Positions 9,801 through 19,126 are shown, counted from the first letter of the stretch. The stretch is DNA of 64,000 bases from Gammaproteobacteria bacterium (GCA_030652335.1 JAUSAW010000002.1:205866-269865), one strand, 5' to 3'. Translations and numbers: made by a program. Notes: generated by a model not told the origin, from the letters alone.

Positions 9801-10202
9801 TTTTTGCACGAGGTTGGCACATAGCGAATCGATGGTGGTTATTTTTAAGCGTTGGCTATTGTTAAGGATATTCCAGTTTTGTTCACCATCTTTTGCTAAG
9901 GCGGCCCTGGCTAATGCCCAGGTCTTTTGCGCATGATTATCTTTGGGAGGCGTAGCATCGGTAGCTCTTTGTAAAGAGGCTAATACCCTAGCCCGCATTT
10001 CTGCCGCGGCTTTACGGGTAAAGGTAATGGCAATGATTTCTTCGGGCGCCTTATCCGCATGCGCTAGTAATAATAAATAGCGTTGGGTTAATAATTCGGT
10101 CTTACCAGAGCCTGCCGGTGCTTGCACGATAAAGGATTGCTCTGGATCTAAAATGCGCTCTCGAGCCTGATGATCCGGCGCTAGTATAGGGGCCTGACTC
10201 AT
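6810..10202 (-). CDS. addA: AddA-type helicase-nuclease (UvrD/Rep helicase plus C-terminal PD-(D/E)XK nuclease)
   Basis: Walker A APAGSGKTELLTQR, UvrD motifs (ITFTRKAAAEM, DEFQDTS, VGDPMQSIYRFR, TVHKAKGLEFD, YVAVTRAK) and the C-terminal nuclease IIDYKTSEP. It overlaps addB by 4 nt. Confidence 0.8.
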   Translation of the reverse strand: MSQAPILAPDHQARERILDPEQSFIVQAPAGSGKTELLTQRYLLLLAHADKAPEEIIAITFTRKAAAEMRARVLASLQRATDATPPKDNHAQKTWALARAALAKDGEQNWNILNNSQRLKITTIDSLCANLVQKMPIVSSLGSPPQVEEDLSLLYQEAVHALLKDWGQLPEWHNEFSQLLRHLDNQLGWFENLMVEMLRRREQWLDVVTLASQQHQLREILEYSLQAAALQMLHNLNKAFPIELESELLVLLQFAIQERRIGNVTYLNLNAMATLEALDTWRSVAEILLTSTGEWRKVVNVKQGFPAGESKQEKSEYKAIKDRIHVLLQALRDPESTNAKRYESFRSALVSLSNVKAVVYQDKQWQIVQALLVILPIAVERLKQLFAKEAVVDFNEISLAALQALGNEGEPTELALSLDYRIRHLLIDEFQDTSQLQFQLLQALTRGWEPGDGRSLFLVGDPMQSIYRFRQADVSLFLQAKNYGVGNLLLEYVQLTANFRSDIAVIDWVNRQFVDIFPLQDDMVNGAVSYRSSISTRKYQGSEVAFIPTATPQDEAAQVVQKIQSLLMQAPEDNIAILARSRSHLQAIIPALQQAGIHYQAVDIESISERQVIRDLLSLTYALSHLGDRLSWMAVLRAPWCGLSLPDLTLIAKVSAGVPIWQALQDPDLCHSLSEPAQQSLTRIIPILAASILQRDRFSLRQWVELTWWNLGGVQCLTDPVDIDNAESYFAMVENISADGRLPERERIEQFLERLKAQTTPVSKAPVQIMTVHKAKGLEFDTVIIPGLGKGERPDSASLLLWESYPLPDGGHGLLMAPIKSRDMSDEPIYDFIKETNQARKRYESQRQLYVAVTRAKKRLYLMGSANYSESQKAYLPKSGSFLALLWPSLKNTVSAAAFQSESTTNIPFTKPSHAQLARLVCHPLGYDSRLRGNDTISGGKDDTLRDGNEIVLEADNFSSRAIGTLVHRYLAEMAVQGLEVWTVDRLEGLLPKWHDELKLVGVVEKECESAAKRVQLALNRILEDEQGRWILGKHVSAQVELALIYQSGLSCKKYIIDRTFIDKEDKRWIIDYKTSEPKPGQDLQDFLQEQKSVYQDQLETYGKILQDNKVQHLGLYFPLLPYLLTWQSN
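7354..7440. repeat. Palindromic repeat element (GTCATTCCCGCgaaGGCGGGAATC family) inserted in-frame in addA
   Basis: 7398-7421 gtcattcccgcgaaggcgggaatc is nearly identical to 16171-16192. Degenerate copies of the cattcccg unit lie at about 7355 and about 7380. It is translated as GYDSRLRGNDTISGGKDDTLRDGNE. Confidence 0.7.
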
Positions 10203-12862
10203 TCTGCGCCCTCCTCATGATTGGATTCATCTTCTGATAGTTGAGTGTGCAGGGCCTTATAATCGACCCGACAGACGCGATCTAAGTTACAGCGCTGACA
10301 GGACTCCTCTTTTGATTTAGGCTTAACCTCGGCATAACCCTGAGTAAACTCGCTGGCCAAATCGACTAACTGTTGTTTCCATAGCGCCAGTTGAGCATTC
10401 CAATCGACTGCTTTTTTCACGCCAGGCAGCATATCGGCATAAGAACTTAAACCTTCGAAGCCTTTCTTAGTAGTATTATTAACCTTGGCAAAAGCTATAG
10501 CATGGGCATTTTTAACCACCGTATAGAGCGGTAGCTGTGGGGAACTCATGCGAGGCGATTGCCACTCTCTTGCGCTGGCTCGCCCCGTTTTATAATCGAT
10601 AATGACTAACTGTCCCTGGCTTAATTCATCTACCCTATCGATCCTTAACTGTAAGGGAATGCCGCCCAGCGTGGTTAAACATGATTGCTCAATAGAGGCC
10701 ACTTTAAAATAATCGCGCTGCTTTTCATAGTGCAGCCAGGCTTGCATTAGCTCAACCAGCCTTTGCTGCTCCAAGGCCATTAAAGATTCATTTAACAAGT
10801 GTCTATAACGAGACTGATAATACTGTAGCGTTTTAGCCACCTTTTGCTCGATTAAGTGGTTTAAATCCTCCTGGCTCATTGCATTGAGGCGGATAGAATC
10901 TTTTAGCTCAGACCAGAGATCCTGTAAGATACTGTGAATCATATTACCTTGAATACTAGGATCTAAAAGACTTATAAATTCAGGAAAGGCTTCGATATCA
11001 AGCCGCTCGGTAGCATAAGCTTTAAACGGACAAAGCGATTGATCTTTGAATAAATTGCTGCCGGCTCTAAAATTATCCGAGTCATCGAGCGCTTGACCAA
11101 AAGTATCGACTACATACTCTAGATCGGCGCCATTATTAAATAGCCCTTCGCTATATCGCGGCTGAGGACCCAATGTTTCCGCAGGATGGTTTTTCAATAA
11201 AGGGCTTGGGTTTAAAGCGATGTCACCCTGCCAACAGGGATAACTTAACATAAGTTCCTTGCTGTGATAAATCATATCCTGCATTAATCTTTTAGCATAA
11301 GAAAACTCACGCTCAGCCGAGGCATGGGGCATATTTTTTTGAACTTGCATACTTATTGGAATAAAGGGATTAGGCGAGGCGGCTTTTGGCCATTTATCAT
11401 CGCTAAGGCCTGTAAACCAAATTGCATCGAAGGGCAAACCACTGGCTTCCAATACTCCTAATATCGAAATCTGAGCCACCGAAGAGCTTTCAGGCTGAAA
11501 TGAAATATCGTTTAAAACCTGCTCCAACATACTCAATGCCTTCCGATAGCTGCATTCTCCGATGACCGGGCTTAGACTAATAACCTGATCAAAAACCCCC
11601 ATAAAACGCTGAGCCGCTTGATACTCCGCGCTATTAAGCCGCCTCTCGCCTGGCCAGCCTAGTAGTCCTAGTAGTTTTTTAACTTCCTCCATCCATTCGG
11701 CTAGATAAGCCTTATAAGGAAGATGATGTTCTGCATACTGAGTAAAAATTTCAGTTAATACCGGGCAGGACTCTGACTGGCCTAATTGCCATACGCAATC
11801 TTGTAGACTCGCCTCTTTAGTGAGAACGAGGCGTAGGGTTATGTCGAGTTCAGCCCTGGCCAGCAACTCCTGCTCAGCCGCTTTTAAAAAGGGTGAGCGC
11901 ATAATGAGGCTACAGATTTCAAATTGCTGAACATGGCGCAGGCTAAGCATATGCACTGCATCGGCAACGATTGGGTAAGCGTTTAGAGGCTTAGAAGCGG
12001 CGATATTATAATAGACCGCGCCTTTATCATTCAGAGTGGTTTGCTTATCGATAATTTCAGAGGCCAGACGATCGATCTGAGCCAAATGTTGCTCTAAATC
12101 AGGAATCACTATAGCGATACTGGCGTTTTTATCTCGTTCAGAACAACGCTGAGCCCATTGCATGGCATGGCGCCATTCTATTTCTCGATCCTGACAGACT
12201 CTCTGTGAGATAGTAGCTTTGGAAAAATCGGGATTAAACTCCTCTATTATTTTACCCGCGGCTTTGAAGCTCTGGCAGAATTTCTCCATCTGAGGGGAAT
12301 ATTCATCAAAGCCCGCCAGGGTAATTTTGCTTGGAAATAACCCCGACAACTCGCTCTCTGTAATAAGCGTGCTTACCACAGTTAAACGCTCACTCGAACT
12401 AATCCAATTTTCCTGCTGACAACGTTTTTTAAAAGCATTGGCCCAGAGCGTAAACGCTTCAACATCTTCGGTATAATAACTGGGAATCTCGTGTAGACCG
12501 ACGCACCAATGCTGAAGAGTTTGCCAGGCTTGCTGTGCCTGATAGACGGTGCCGGCTAAGTGGATACATTTTTTGCCAAAGTAAGATTGCTGGATAATAT
12601 CCTGCCAGAGCATTTTTTCTTGGTGGCAATTTAATGCCATCGGTAAGCTTGCCTGAGCCACGCTAAGTCTTTGCCATATGGCATCCAGCCAGGTTGAATA
12701 GGATAAAATAATATCGCCCTGCCAAATGCTATTACCTAGTCTACGCTGATACTGCGCATAGTCATTATGCAGATGCAGACAAAGGCGCTGGTTAACACTC
12801 AGCATAATATGCTCGGCATTAAGCTCGACAAAAACTGAATTATATAAGCCAGAAGCTTTCAT
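10199..12862 (-). CDS. addB: AddB-type nuclease subunit (PD-(D/E)XK with an iron-sulfur 'staple')
   Basis: C-terminal VIIDYKTGRA nuclease motif. Cys set CPFKAY ... CQRCNLDRVC is typical of the AddB Fe-S cluster. It is coupled to addA. Confidence 0.7.
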   Translation of the reverse strand: MKASGLYNSVFVELNAEHIMLSVNQRLCLHLHNDYAQYQRRLGNSIWQGDIILSYSTWLDAIWQRLSVAQASLPMALNCHQEKMLWQDIIQQSYFGKKCIHLAGTVYQAQQAWQTLQHWCVGLHEIPSYYTEDVEAFTLWANAFKKRCQQENWISSSERLTVVSTLITESELSGLFPSKITLAGFDEYSPQMEKFCQSFKAAGKIIEEFNPDFSKATISQRVCQDREIEWRHAMQWAQRCSERDKNASIAIVIPDLEQHLAQIDRLASEIIDKQTTLNDKGAVYYNIAASKPLNAYPIVADAVHMLSLRHVQQFEICSLIMRSPFLKAAEQELLARAELDITLRLVLTKEASLQDCVWQLGQSESCPVLTEIFTQYAEHHLPYKAYLAEWMEEVKKLLGLLGWPGERRLNSAEYQAAQRFMGVFDQVISLSPVIGECSYRKALSMLEQVLNDISFQPESSSVAQISILGVLEASGLPFDAIWFTGLSDDKWPKAASPNPFIPISMQVQKNMPHASAEREFSYAKRLMQDMIYHSKELMLSYPCWQGDIALNPSPLLKNHPAETLGPQPRYSEGLFNNGADLEYVVDTFGQALDDSDNFRAGSNLFKDQSLCPFKAYATERLDIEAFPEFISLLDPSIQGNMIHSILQDLWSELKDSIRLNAMSQEDLNHLIEQKVAKTLQYYQSRYRHLLNESLMALEQQRLVELMQAWLHYEKQRDYFKVASIEQSCLTTLGGIPLQLRIDRVDELSQGQLVIIDYKTGRASAREWQSPRMSSPQLPLYTVVKNAHAIAFAKVNNTTKKGFEGLSSYADMLPGVKKAVDWNAQLALWKQQLVDLASEFTQGYAEVKPKSKEESCQRCNLDRVCRVDYKALHTQLSEDESNHEEGAE

Positions 12863-12943
12863 AGTATGACCATTCGATATTTACGCTTCCAATGTAGCAC
12901 AACTTAGGTACAATCTCTGCATATTCTACAGATGAGATCCATT

Positions 12944-13798
12944 ATGAAAAGACTAAGCATTTGGCATCAGTATTGCCTGCCACAACACTTCTTATCCAGA
13001 TTGCTTGGCCGTATCGCCAATATTCGTTGTCGCTGTATTAAAAACTTTATGATTAAAACCATTATTAAAATTTATAAAGTGAATATGAGCGAGGCTAAAT
13101 TAGAGAGCCCTGATGATTACCCAAGCTTTAACCAATTTTTTATTCGCCACCTAAAAGCCAATGCCAGGCCTTTTCCCCATAATAATTTATTAATCGCCTC
13201 GCCTGCCGATGGCGTTATCAGTCAGTTTGGCCCTATTACTAAAGGCAGATTGATTCAGGCTAAAGGCCACGATTTTAGCCTAATGGAATTGCTGGGCGGT
13301 GAAACCAGCTCCTATAAGGAATTTTTAGACGGTGAGTTTGCGACGATTTATCTCTCGCCCAAAGATTACCATAGAATGCATATGCCCCTATCAGGCAACT
13401 TGCGACAGATGAGCTATGTTCCTGGCAAATTATTTTCAGTTTCGCCTAAAACCACCTCGATGATCCCAGAATTATTTGCTAGAAATGAGCGGGTAATCTG
13501 CTGGTTTGATTCGGAACAAGGACCTTTCGCCTTAGTTTTAGTCGGAGCCTTTTTCGTAGCCAGCATAGCGACAACTTGGGCCGGCGTTATTGCACCAGGC
13601 GTGTCGAAAGGCATTCAAACTTGGGATTATGCGCCCAATCAACAGATTCACCTTAAACAAGGCGATGAGATGGGCTATTTTGAGTTTGGCTCAACCATCA
13701 TTATGTTGCTGCCCAAAGGCATGGCAAATTGGCAGCCAAGTTTAAAAGCCGAAGACGCTGTTAAATTAGGACAGGTTTTAGCAAGGATCCAGAGCTAA
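12944..13798 (+). CDS. psd: Phosphatidylserine decarboxylase proenzyme
   Basis: Colinear with E. coli Psd, including the self-cleavage site FEFGST (LGST-type). The ATG at 12944 (MKRLSIWHQY) aligns best. The track start at 12932 is also possible. Confidence 0.9.
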   Translation: MKRLSIWHQYCLPQHFLSRLLGRIANIRCRCIKNFMIKTIIKIYKVNMSEAKLESPDDYPSFNQFFIRHLKANARPFPHNNLLIASPADGVISQFGPITKGRLIQAKGHDFSLMELLGGETSSYKEFLDGEFATIYLSPKDYHRMHMPLSGNLRQMSYVPGKLFSVSPKTTSMIPELFARNERVICWFDSEQGPFALVLVGAFFVASIATTWAGVIAPGVSKGIQTWDYAPNQQIHLKQGDEMGYFEFGSTIIMLLPKGMANWQPSLKAEDAVKLGQVLARIQS

Positions 13799-14155
13799 GC
13801 CATTATTGACATTTTTTACTATAGCCCATGGGCTTAAAACAGTTTCTTCGTCAGTCTCAATACTCGCTAAACCAACAGCCCCATTAAAATTTGCATCTGC
13901 ATGGCTTATACCAGGGGCTTGAACCTCAGATATAGTCGAGGTAGCAGCTGGGAGCACGTTAACCATTGGCAAAACTCGGCGTGATGCTCGTAATGCTCTG
14001 TACTTCCAAATAGCCGCTAAGACAATAATGAGTATACCTGCTATCAACGCCCATAAATCAGTTTTATTAGGAACGGAATCGACCGGTTGAACGGATGATG
14101 GATTAGGAATTGGGGTGCTTGAATTAGTTGAATTTTGGAAAGTCACATTATTCAT
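13778..14155 (-). CDS. Orphan single-pass membrane protein
   Basis: Good SD (GGAGAA 5 nt before the ATG). N-terminal Ser/Asn/Pro-rich region, then the TM LWALIAGILIIVLAAIW. No recognisable family. The 3' end overlaps psd by 21 nt. Confidence 0.4.
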   Translation of the reverse strand: MNNVTFQNSTNSSTPIPNPSSVQPVDSVPNKTDLWALIAGILIIVLAAIWKYRALRASRRVLPMVNVLPAATSTISEVQAPGISHADANFNGAVGLASIETDEETVLSPWAIVKNVNNGLALDPC

Positions 14156-14204
14156 AGGTTCTCCATAACCCTTTGTTAAAAGCGAATAAAATCAATTTAA
14201 AAAT

Positions 14205-15113
14205 TTAATGCTTATAAAGTAATTTTAAATCCTCGTCGGATAGGCCTGTTAGTTTTTTAATTAAAAACATATCAAAACCTTCATCACAAAGCTTTTTTGC
14301 TATATCGATGGCCTTTACATACTCACCTTTCTGTATTCCTTGCTGTATTCCTTGCTGGACACCTTTTTCCATTATACGATCAGCCATTGTCATAACATCC
14401 TCCTTATATTCTTCAGCTTCTGAAGTGATGATTTTAAAAAATGCCTCATAATCGTCTTCTTCACCTGATCTCAGCACATATAATATCACATCTTTAAACA
14501 TTTCATGGCCTATAACATTAAGTTTAGCTAAGTAAGCAATTTCATGCGCTAAATTTATAATGTTTCGTTCAAAGATATGTTTTTGAACCATTTCAAGCAA
14601 TGCCACAGTTTTATGAGTTTTAATTTCATCATCGCTAATAGCCGTAATATCGATTAAATGTAAGGGCTTAAACATTAACTCTCGAGCTAATGTAGCCTCT
14701 TCAAAGCAATCATGGATATCAATGCTATAAGGATAGGGTTTAATTTTTCCATGATAAAATAATAAAGGCAGCACAATGGGTAATTTTTTATGCCCTTTAT
14801 CTAGATACTGCTTCATTATTGAAATCTGGTAACGCAGCATCCGAAATGGCATTAAGGAGTCCGGCGTACTCTGGTGTTCTATAAGGCAATAGATATAGCC
14901 TTTTTTTTTAGAAATTTTCATCGAATACAAAATATCTGAATAGTGTTGTTTTAACCCTTCTTCAACATAGCTGCCTGACTCAATTTTTAAGGTTCTAAAA
15001 TTACACCGCTTTTTAACCGAGGCAGGTAAATGAATATTCAAAAAGTCTTTGGCAATACTGGGGTCATTTAAAAATCGTTTAAAAAAGGCATCATGCGAAA
15101 CAGCGGCAGTCAT
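14205..15113 (-). CDS. Rpn-family recombination-promoting nuclease / putative transposase (YhgA-like PD-(D/E)XK)
   Basis: FFKRFLNDPSIAKDFL, DILYSMKI, CLIEHQSTPD, MPFRMLRYQ are the characteristic Rpn/transposase_31 N-terminal blocks. Strong SD AGGAGG. Confidence 0.75.
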   Translation of the reverse strand: MTAAVSHDAFFKRFLNDPSIAKDFLNIHLPASVKKRCNFRTLKIESGSYVEEGLKQHYSDILYSMKISKKKGYIYCLIEHQSTPDSLMPFRMLRYQISIMKQYLDKGHKKLPIVLPLLFYHGKIKPYPYSIDIHDCFEEATLARELMFKPLHLIDITAISDDEIKTHKTVALLEMVQKHIFERNIINLAHEIAYLAKLNVIGHEMFKDVILYVLRSGEEDDYEAFFKIITSEAEEYKEDVMTMADRIMEKGVQQGIQQGIQKGEYVKAIDIAKKLCDEGFDMFLIKKLTGLSDEDLKLLYKH

Positions 15114-15197
15114 GAGTCCTCCTTATGCTGCGCGAATTGATCATAATTCATTCTGACAAAACTTTAACGATAGATCAATTAACGCACAATGAGGAAT

Positions 15198-16154
15198 TTA
15201 AATATTTTTAAGGTTAAAACTTAAAATATCTTCGATCCGATCGGCCTTTAAGGCCAACATAACCAGGCGATCAACCCCCAAGGCTACTCCGGCGCAATCA
15301 GGAAAACCCGACTCTAATGCGGCCAAAAGCTTTTCATCGACCGGCACCTGAGGCTTGCCTTCTTCTACTCGCTTGCTTAAATCTGCTGCAAAGCGTTGCT
15401 TTTGAATAGCGGGATCTTTTAATTCATGATAACCATTTGCAAGCTCGATACCCTTTACATAGACTTCAAATCGCGCAGCGACTTCCAAGCCATCGACAGT
15501 GCGAGTACGAGCCAAGGCCGCTTGCGAGACCGGAAAATCAGTAATGACAGTCGGAGCTTCCTGACCTAATTGCGGTTCGATAACATCCGACATCAGCAAT
15601 TGCAAATAGGTATCTTTATTGGGAACCAGGCCATTTATCTCGCCAAATCGATCCAGGCAAATGGCTTGCAGTAGGCGCATATCTGCCTTATGAGGATTGA
15701 TACCGAGATAATGCTCAAAAGCCTCTTTGTAACTGAGGCGTTGTAATGGCTTAGTTTTTAAGATGGTTTGTAATAAGGCATCGATCTCATCGATAAGCTG
15801 TGAATCATCAAAACCGATGCGATACCATTCCAGCAAGGTAAATTCGGGGTTATGTAAGCTCCCGCATTCATCGTCTCGAAAGGCTTTTCCTAAAGAATAG
15901 ATTGAACCTGAACCCGCCGCCAATAAACGCTTCATCGCGTATTCTGGTGAGGTTTGCAGATAAAAAGTTTTAGCCGGATATAAGCTGCACTTGGTTTCAA
16001 GCGCCGTTAAAAAAGGATCGGTAACGGGAGCCGAGGCCATAATGGGCGTTTCAACTTCATAAACATCACGCGCATGAAAAAATTCACGGATCTCACGCAG
16101 TTTGGCAGCCCTAGCCTTCAGATTTTCTGTCGAAGCTGTAGGCTGCCAATTCAT
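15198..16154 (-). CDS. epmA: EF-P lysine-34 (R)-beta-lysine ligase (truncated LysRS paralogue, GenX/PoxA)
   Basis: 318 aa. Class II aaRS core without an anticodon-binding domain (FRDDECGSLHNPEFTLLEWY, GVALGVDRLVML). It lies directly downstream of efp. Confidence 0.85.
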   Translation of the reverse strand: MNWQPTASTENLKARAAKLREIREFFHARDVYEVETPIMASAPVTDPFLTALETKCSLYPAKTFYLQTSPEYAMKRLLAAGSGSIYSLGKAFRDDECGSLHNPEFTLLEWYRIGFDDSQLIDEIDALLQTILKTKPLQRLSYKEAFEHYLGINPHKADMRLLQAICLDRFGEINGLVPNKDTYLQLLMSDVIEPQLGQEAPTVITDFPVSQAALARTRTVDGLEVAARFEVYVKGIELANGYHELKDPAIQKQRFAADLSKRVEEGKPQVPVDEKLLAALESGFPDCAGVALGVDRLVMLALKADRIEDILSFNLKNI

Positions 16155-16170
16155 ATATTACCTTATTCTC

Positions 16171-16232
16171 TGTCATTCCCGCAGGCGGGAATCTAGTTTT
16201 AAAACTGGATCCCCGATCAAGTCGGGGATGAC
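16171..16232. repeat. Composite palindromic (MITE/REP-like) element between efp and epmA
   Basis: GTCATTCCCGCaggcGGGAATC ... GGATCCCCGAtcaagTCGGGGATGAC. Two hairpin units with GTCAT/ATGAC termini. The first unit recurs inside addA. Confidence 0.75.
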
Positions 16233-16264
16233 AATAATCTAAGCAGCAAGCTGCAAAATTATTG

Positions 16265-16834
16265 TTATTTCTTAACGCGTGAAAGATATTCACCGGTACG
16301 CGTATCGACTTTAATAATCTCATCGATCTGCACGAATAATGGCACACGAACCACCGCGCCAGTCTCTAAGGTTGCAGGTTTACCGCCGCCGCCTGAGGTA
16401 TCGCCTTTCACGCCAGGATCGGTATCGGCCACTCGAAGCTCAACGAAGTTAGGAGGGTCTATCGATAAGGTTTCACCATTCCAAAGCGTCAGCATGCATG
16501 TGTCTTGCTCTTTCAACCATAGCTTGGTATCGCCCACTCCGGTCTCTGATACTTGATATTGTTCAAAGCTTGAAGGCTGCATAAAATGCCAGAACTCACC
16601 GTCGAAGTATAAGTATTGCACTTCCATTTCGGCTACATCGGCGCCTTCTAAGGTATCGCCGGATTTAAAGGTTTTCTCTAAAACGCGTCCAGTTTTAAGG
16701 TTACGCATCTTAACGCGGTTAAAGGCCTGGCCTTTACCTGGCTTAACATGCTCGTTATCCATAATACTGTATGGCTGGCCATCCATTAACACCTTTAAGC
16801 CGCCTTTAAAATCATTGGTACTAAATACTGACAT
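16265..16834 (-). CDS. efp: Elongation factor P
   Basis: 189 aa, with KPGKGQAF containing the modified Lys. Colinear with EF-P. Confidence 0.95.
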   Translation of the reverse strand: MSVFSTNDFKGGLKVLMDGQPYSIMDNEHVKPGKGQAFNRVKMRNLKTGRVLEKTFKSGDTLEGADVAEMEVQYLYFDGEFWHFMQPSSFEQYQVSETGVGDTKLWLKEQDTCMLTLWNGETLSIDPPNFVELRVADTDPGVKGDTSGGGGKPATLETGAVVRVPLFVQIDEIIKVDTRTGEYLSRVKK

Positions 16835-16850
16835 TCTTTGATTCTCCTAA

Positions 16851-18359
16851 TTAAACTGGTCGCAGATGCGGGAATAATATCACATCTCGGATAGAAGACG
16901 AGTCGGTAAATAACATAACCAATCTATCGATACCAATCCCTTCCCCTGCCGTCGGTGGCAATCCGTACTCTAAAGCCTGAATATAATCGGCATCGTAAAA
17001 CATGGCTTCTTCATCTCCTGCATCTTTTGCCGCAGATTGCGCCTTAAAGCGCTCGGCTTGGTCCTCGGCATCATTAAGCTCTGAAAAACCATTAGCCACT
17101 TCGCGTCCGCCCACAAAGAATTCAAAACGGTCGGTAACGAATGGATTATCATCGTTGCGACGCGCTAAAGGCGATACTTCAGCCGGATATTCGGTAATAA
17201 AAGTAGGCTGAAATAATTTATGCTCGACCAGTTCTTCGAATATTAGAATCTGTACCTTGCCTAATTCGGCGCCTTTTTCAATTTCGATATTACGCGCTTT
17301 AGCGATAGCCTTAGCTTTTTCAAAATCCAATAAATCGGCTTTAGCAATCGAAGGCTCGAACTGCACGATAGAATCGACTACGCTAATCCTAGCGAAAGGC
17401 AAGCCTAGATCGATTTCCTGGCCCTGGTAGATAAGCTTGGTGGAACCCATTACATCAACGGCAAGCTTTCTTAATAGCTCTTCGGTAAGATTCATTAAAT
17501 CAATGTAATCAGCATAGGCTTGATAGAATTCGATCATGGTAAATTCTGGGTTATGACGCGTTGATAGCCCCTCGTTCCTAAAGTTACGATTAATTTCAAA
17601 TACTCGCTCAAAGCCGCCCACGACTAAGCGCTTTAAAAATAGTTCTGGCGCGATGCGTAAAAACATCTGCATATCTAAAGCATTATGATGGGTAACAAAA
17701 GGTTTGGCCGCCGCCCCGCCTGGAATAACTTGCAGCATAGGCGTTTCGACTTCCATATAATGACGGGCTAATAAAAATTGTCTAATGCCTTCGACCATTT
17801 TGGCACGAACTTCAAATACGCGACGGCTTTCTGTGTTGACCATTAAATCTAAATAACGTTGACGATAACAAGCCTCGGTATCCGTTAAACCATGAAATTT
17901 GTCGGGCAAGGGGCGCAATGATTTAGTGAGTAAAATGGCATTGCTAGCGTGGATCGTTAGCTCATTGGTTTGGGTTTTAAATAGGCGGCCTTCGATGGCA
18001 ATAATATCGCCTAAGTCCCAAGATTTGAAACTCTCATAGACATTTTCTGGTAGCTCATCCAGTCTCAAATAGGCTTGAATACGGCCCGACATATCTTGAA
18101 TAGTGACAAAGCTAGCCTTACCCATCACCCTGCGTAACATAACTCGGCCAGCTACTTTAACGGTAAACATTTTTGGGTCTAATTCTTCTTTGCTTAAAGC
18201 AGCATAAGAATTTTGTAAGTCCCCTGCTAAGGCATCACGCCTAAAATCATTTGGAAATGCAGTTTTTTGTGAAGCACGCATTGCCTGGAGCTTTTCTTTA
18301 CGCAGTGTTATCTGCGTATTCTCATCGAGTTGCTCAGGATTAGGGGTGATTTCAGCCAT
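16851..18359 (-). CDS. lysS: Lysyl-tRNA synthetase (class II)
   Basis: 502 aa with an OB-fold N-domain and class II motifs ([31 protein letters not shown]). Confidence 0.95.
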   Translation of the reverse strand: MAEITPNPEQLDENTQITLRKEKLQAMRASQKTAFPNDFRRDALAGDLQNSYAALSKEELDPKMFTVKVAGRVMLRRVMGKASFVTIQDMSGRIQAYLRLDELPENVYESFKSWDLGDIIAIEGRLFKTQTNELTIHASNAILLTKSLRPLPDKFHGLTDTEACYRQRYLDLMVNTESRRVFEVRAKMVEGIRQFLLARHYMEVETPMLQVIPGGAAAKPFVTHHNALDMQMFLRIAPELFLKRLVVGGFERVFEINRNFRNEGLSTRHNPEFTMIEFYQAYADYIDLMNLTEELLRKLAVDVMGSTKLIYQGQEIDLGLPFARISVVDSIVQFEPSIAKADLLDFEKAKAIAKARNIEIEKGAELGKVQILIFEELVEHKLFQPTFITEYPAEVSPLARRNDDNPFVTDRFEFFVGGREVANGFSELNDAEDQAERFKAQSAAKDAGDEEAMFYDADYIQALEYGLPPTAGEGIGIDRLVMLFTDSSSIRDVILFPHLRPV

Positions 18360-18511
18360 TCTATAAAACCTATCTTAATAAAAAGATATATCTTAGCGGG
18401 AGTTTAGGCTGCTGTCAGCTGCTTAAGCCAATATTATTTAGCATTGACTGATTAGCGTTGCAGCAAAAAGCGCTATATTATAATGTGAAATTCATAAATA
18501 AAAATAAGATC

Positions 18512-18925
18512 ATGGCATATGCTCGAATTGAATCTTCCCCTAAAGTGCTTAGCTTAAAGTTACCAGATGCTGCACTTTCAAGTATCCATTCATTTTTATT
18601 TTACCCTGACAGCACCAAGCTTGCACAAACATCGAAATTTCATGTAGCCCATACCACCAAGCTTACCGATACTCAAAAAGCAACCGTGCTAAAAACTGTT
18701 AGCGCCAGGACTAGAAGATTGGATCTAGATGAATTAATCGCTTATGCAGTTAACCCTCTATTTCGCCATGAGATAGGGCCTAATCCCTTTGATATAATAA
18801 AAAGATATTACCCACTGGAAGATTTAGATAGGATACAGACCGTTTTCACTAGCCATTTAATAAGCCCCAGTAGACTCGAACCTCTTCATGATGAATTAAT
18901 CGCACGCTGTCAACTTGCTAAATGA
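18512..18925 (+). CDS. Orphan protein with an N-terminal F-box-like motif
   Basis: LKLPDAALSSIHSFLFYPDSTKLAQTSKFH fits the F-box pattern LPxxxLxxIxxxLxxxDxxxLxxxSKxW/F. The rest is unassignable. The ATG at 18512 is preferred. The track ORF starts at a TTG at 18458. Confidence 0.45.
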   Translation: MAYARIESSPKVLSLKLPDAALSSIHSFLFYPDSTKLAQTSKFHVAHTTKLTDTQKATVLKTVSARTRRLDLDELIAYAVNPLFRHEIGPNPFDIIKRYYPLEDLDRIQTVFTSHLISPSRLEPLHDELIARCQLAK

Positions 18926-18928
18926 AAA

Positions 18929-19126
18929 ATGACAATAAGTGCAATTCATATAGCAAAACTCTATTTATTTTTAGGCTTAATATTTGGTCTATCTGCAATA
19001 GCAACAGGATATCTCAATAAAATTAAACAGCCTGATACTAAGGATGGAGTTCTTATCTTCGTATGGGGCTTGTTTGCAGCAATAGCTATAATTTCGCTTT
19101 ACGGCATGGCAAAAAGCCTGCATTGA
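18929..19126 (+). CDS. Small two-TM membrane protein (orphan)
   Basis: 65 aa with two hydrophobic helices. It starts 4 nt after the preceding stop, which suggests translational coupling. Confidence 0.4.
   Translation: MTISAIHIAKLYLFLGLIFGLSAIATGYLNKIKQPDTKDGVLIFVWGLFAAIAIISLYGMAKSLH

Noticed and set aside
16111-16347. 78-aa minus-strand ORF spanning the efp-epmA spacer
   Set aside because: It is read through the palindromic repeat element (giving ...FPPAGMTENK...) and overlaps the 3' end of efp and the 5' end of epmA. This is a typical REP-derived false ORF.
18423-18454. TTAAG-N6-TTATT upstream of the F-box-like gene, considered as a fourth copy of the TTAAG tandem-repeat promoter
   Set aside because: The second half-site is poor and no credible -10 lies at the fixed 10-bp distance. 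The good TATATT/TATAAT boxes are about 35 bp away, so the architecture is not the same.
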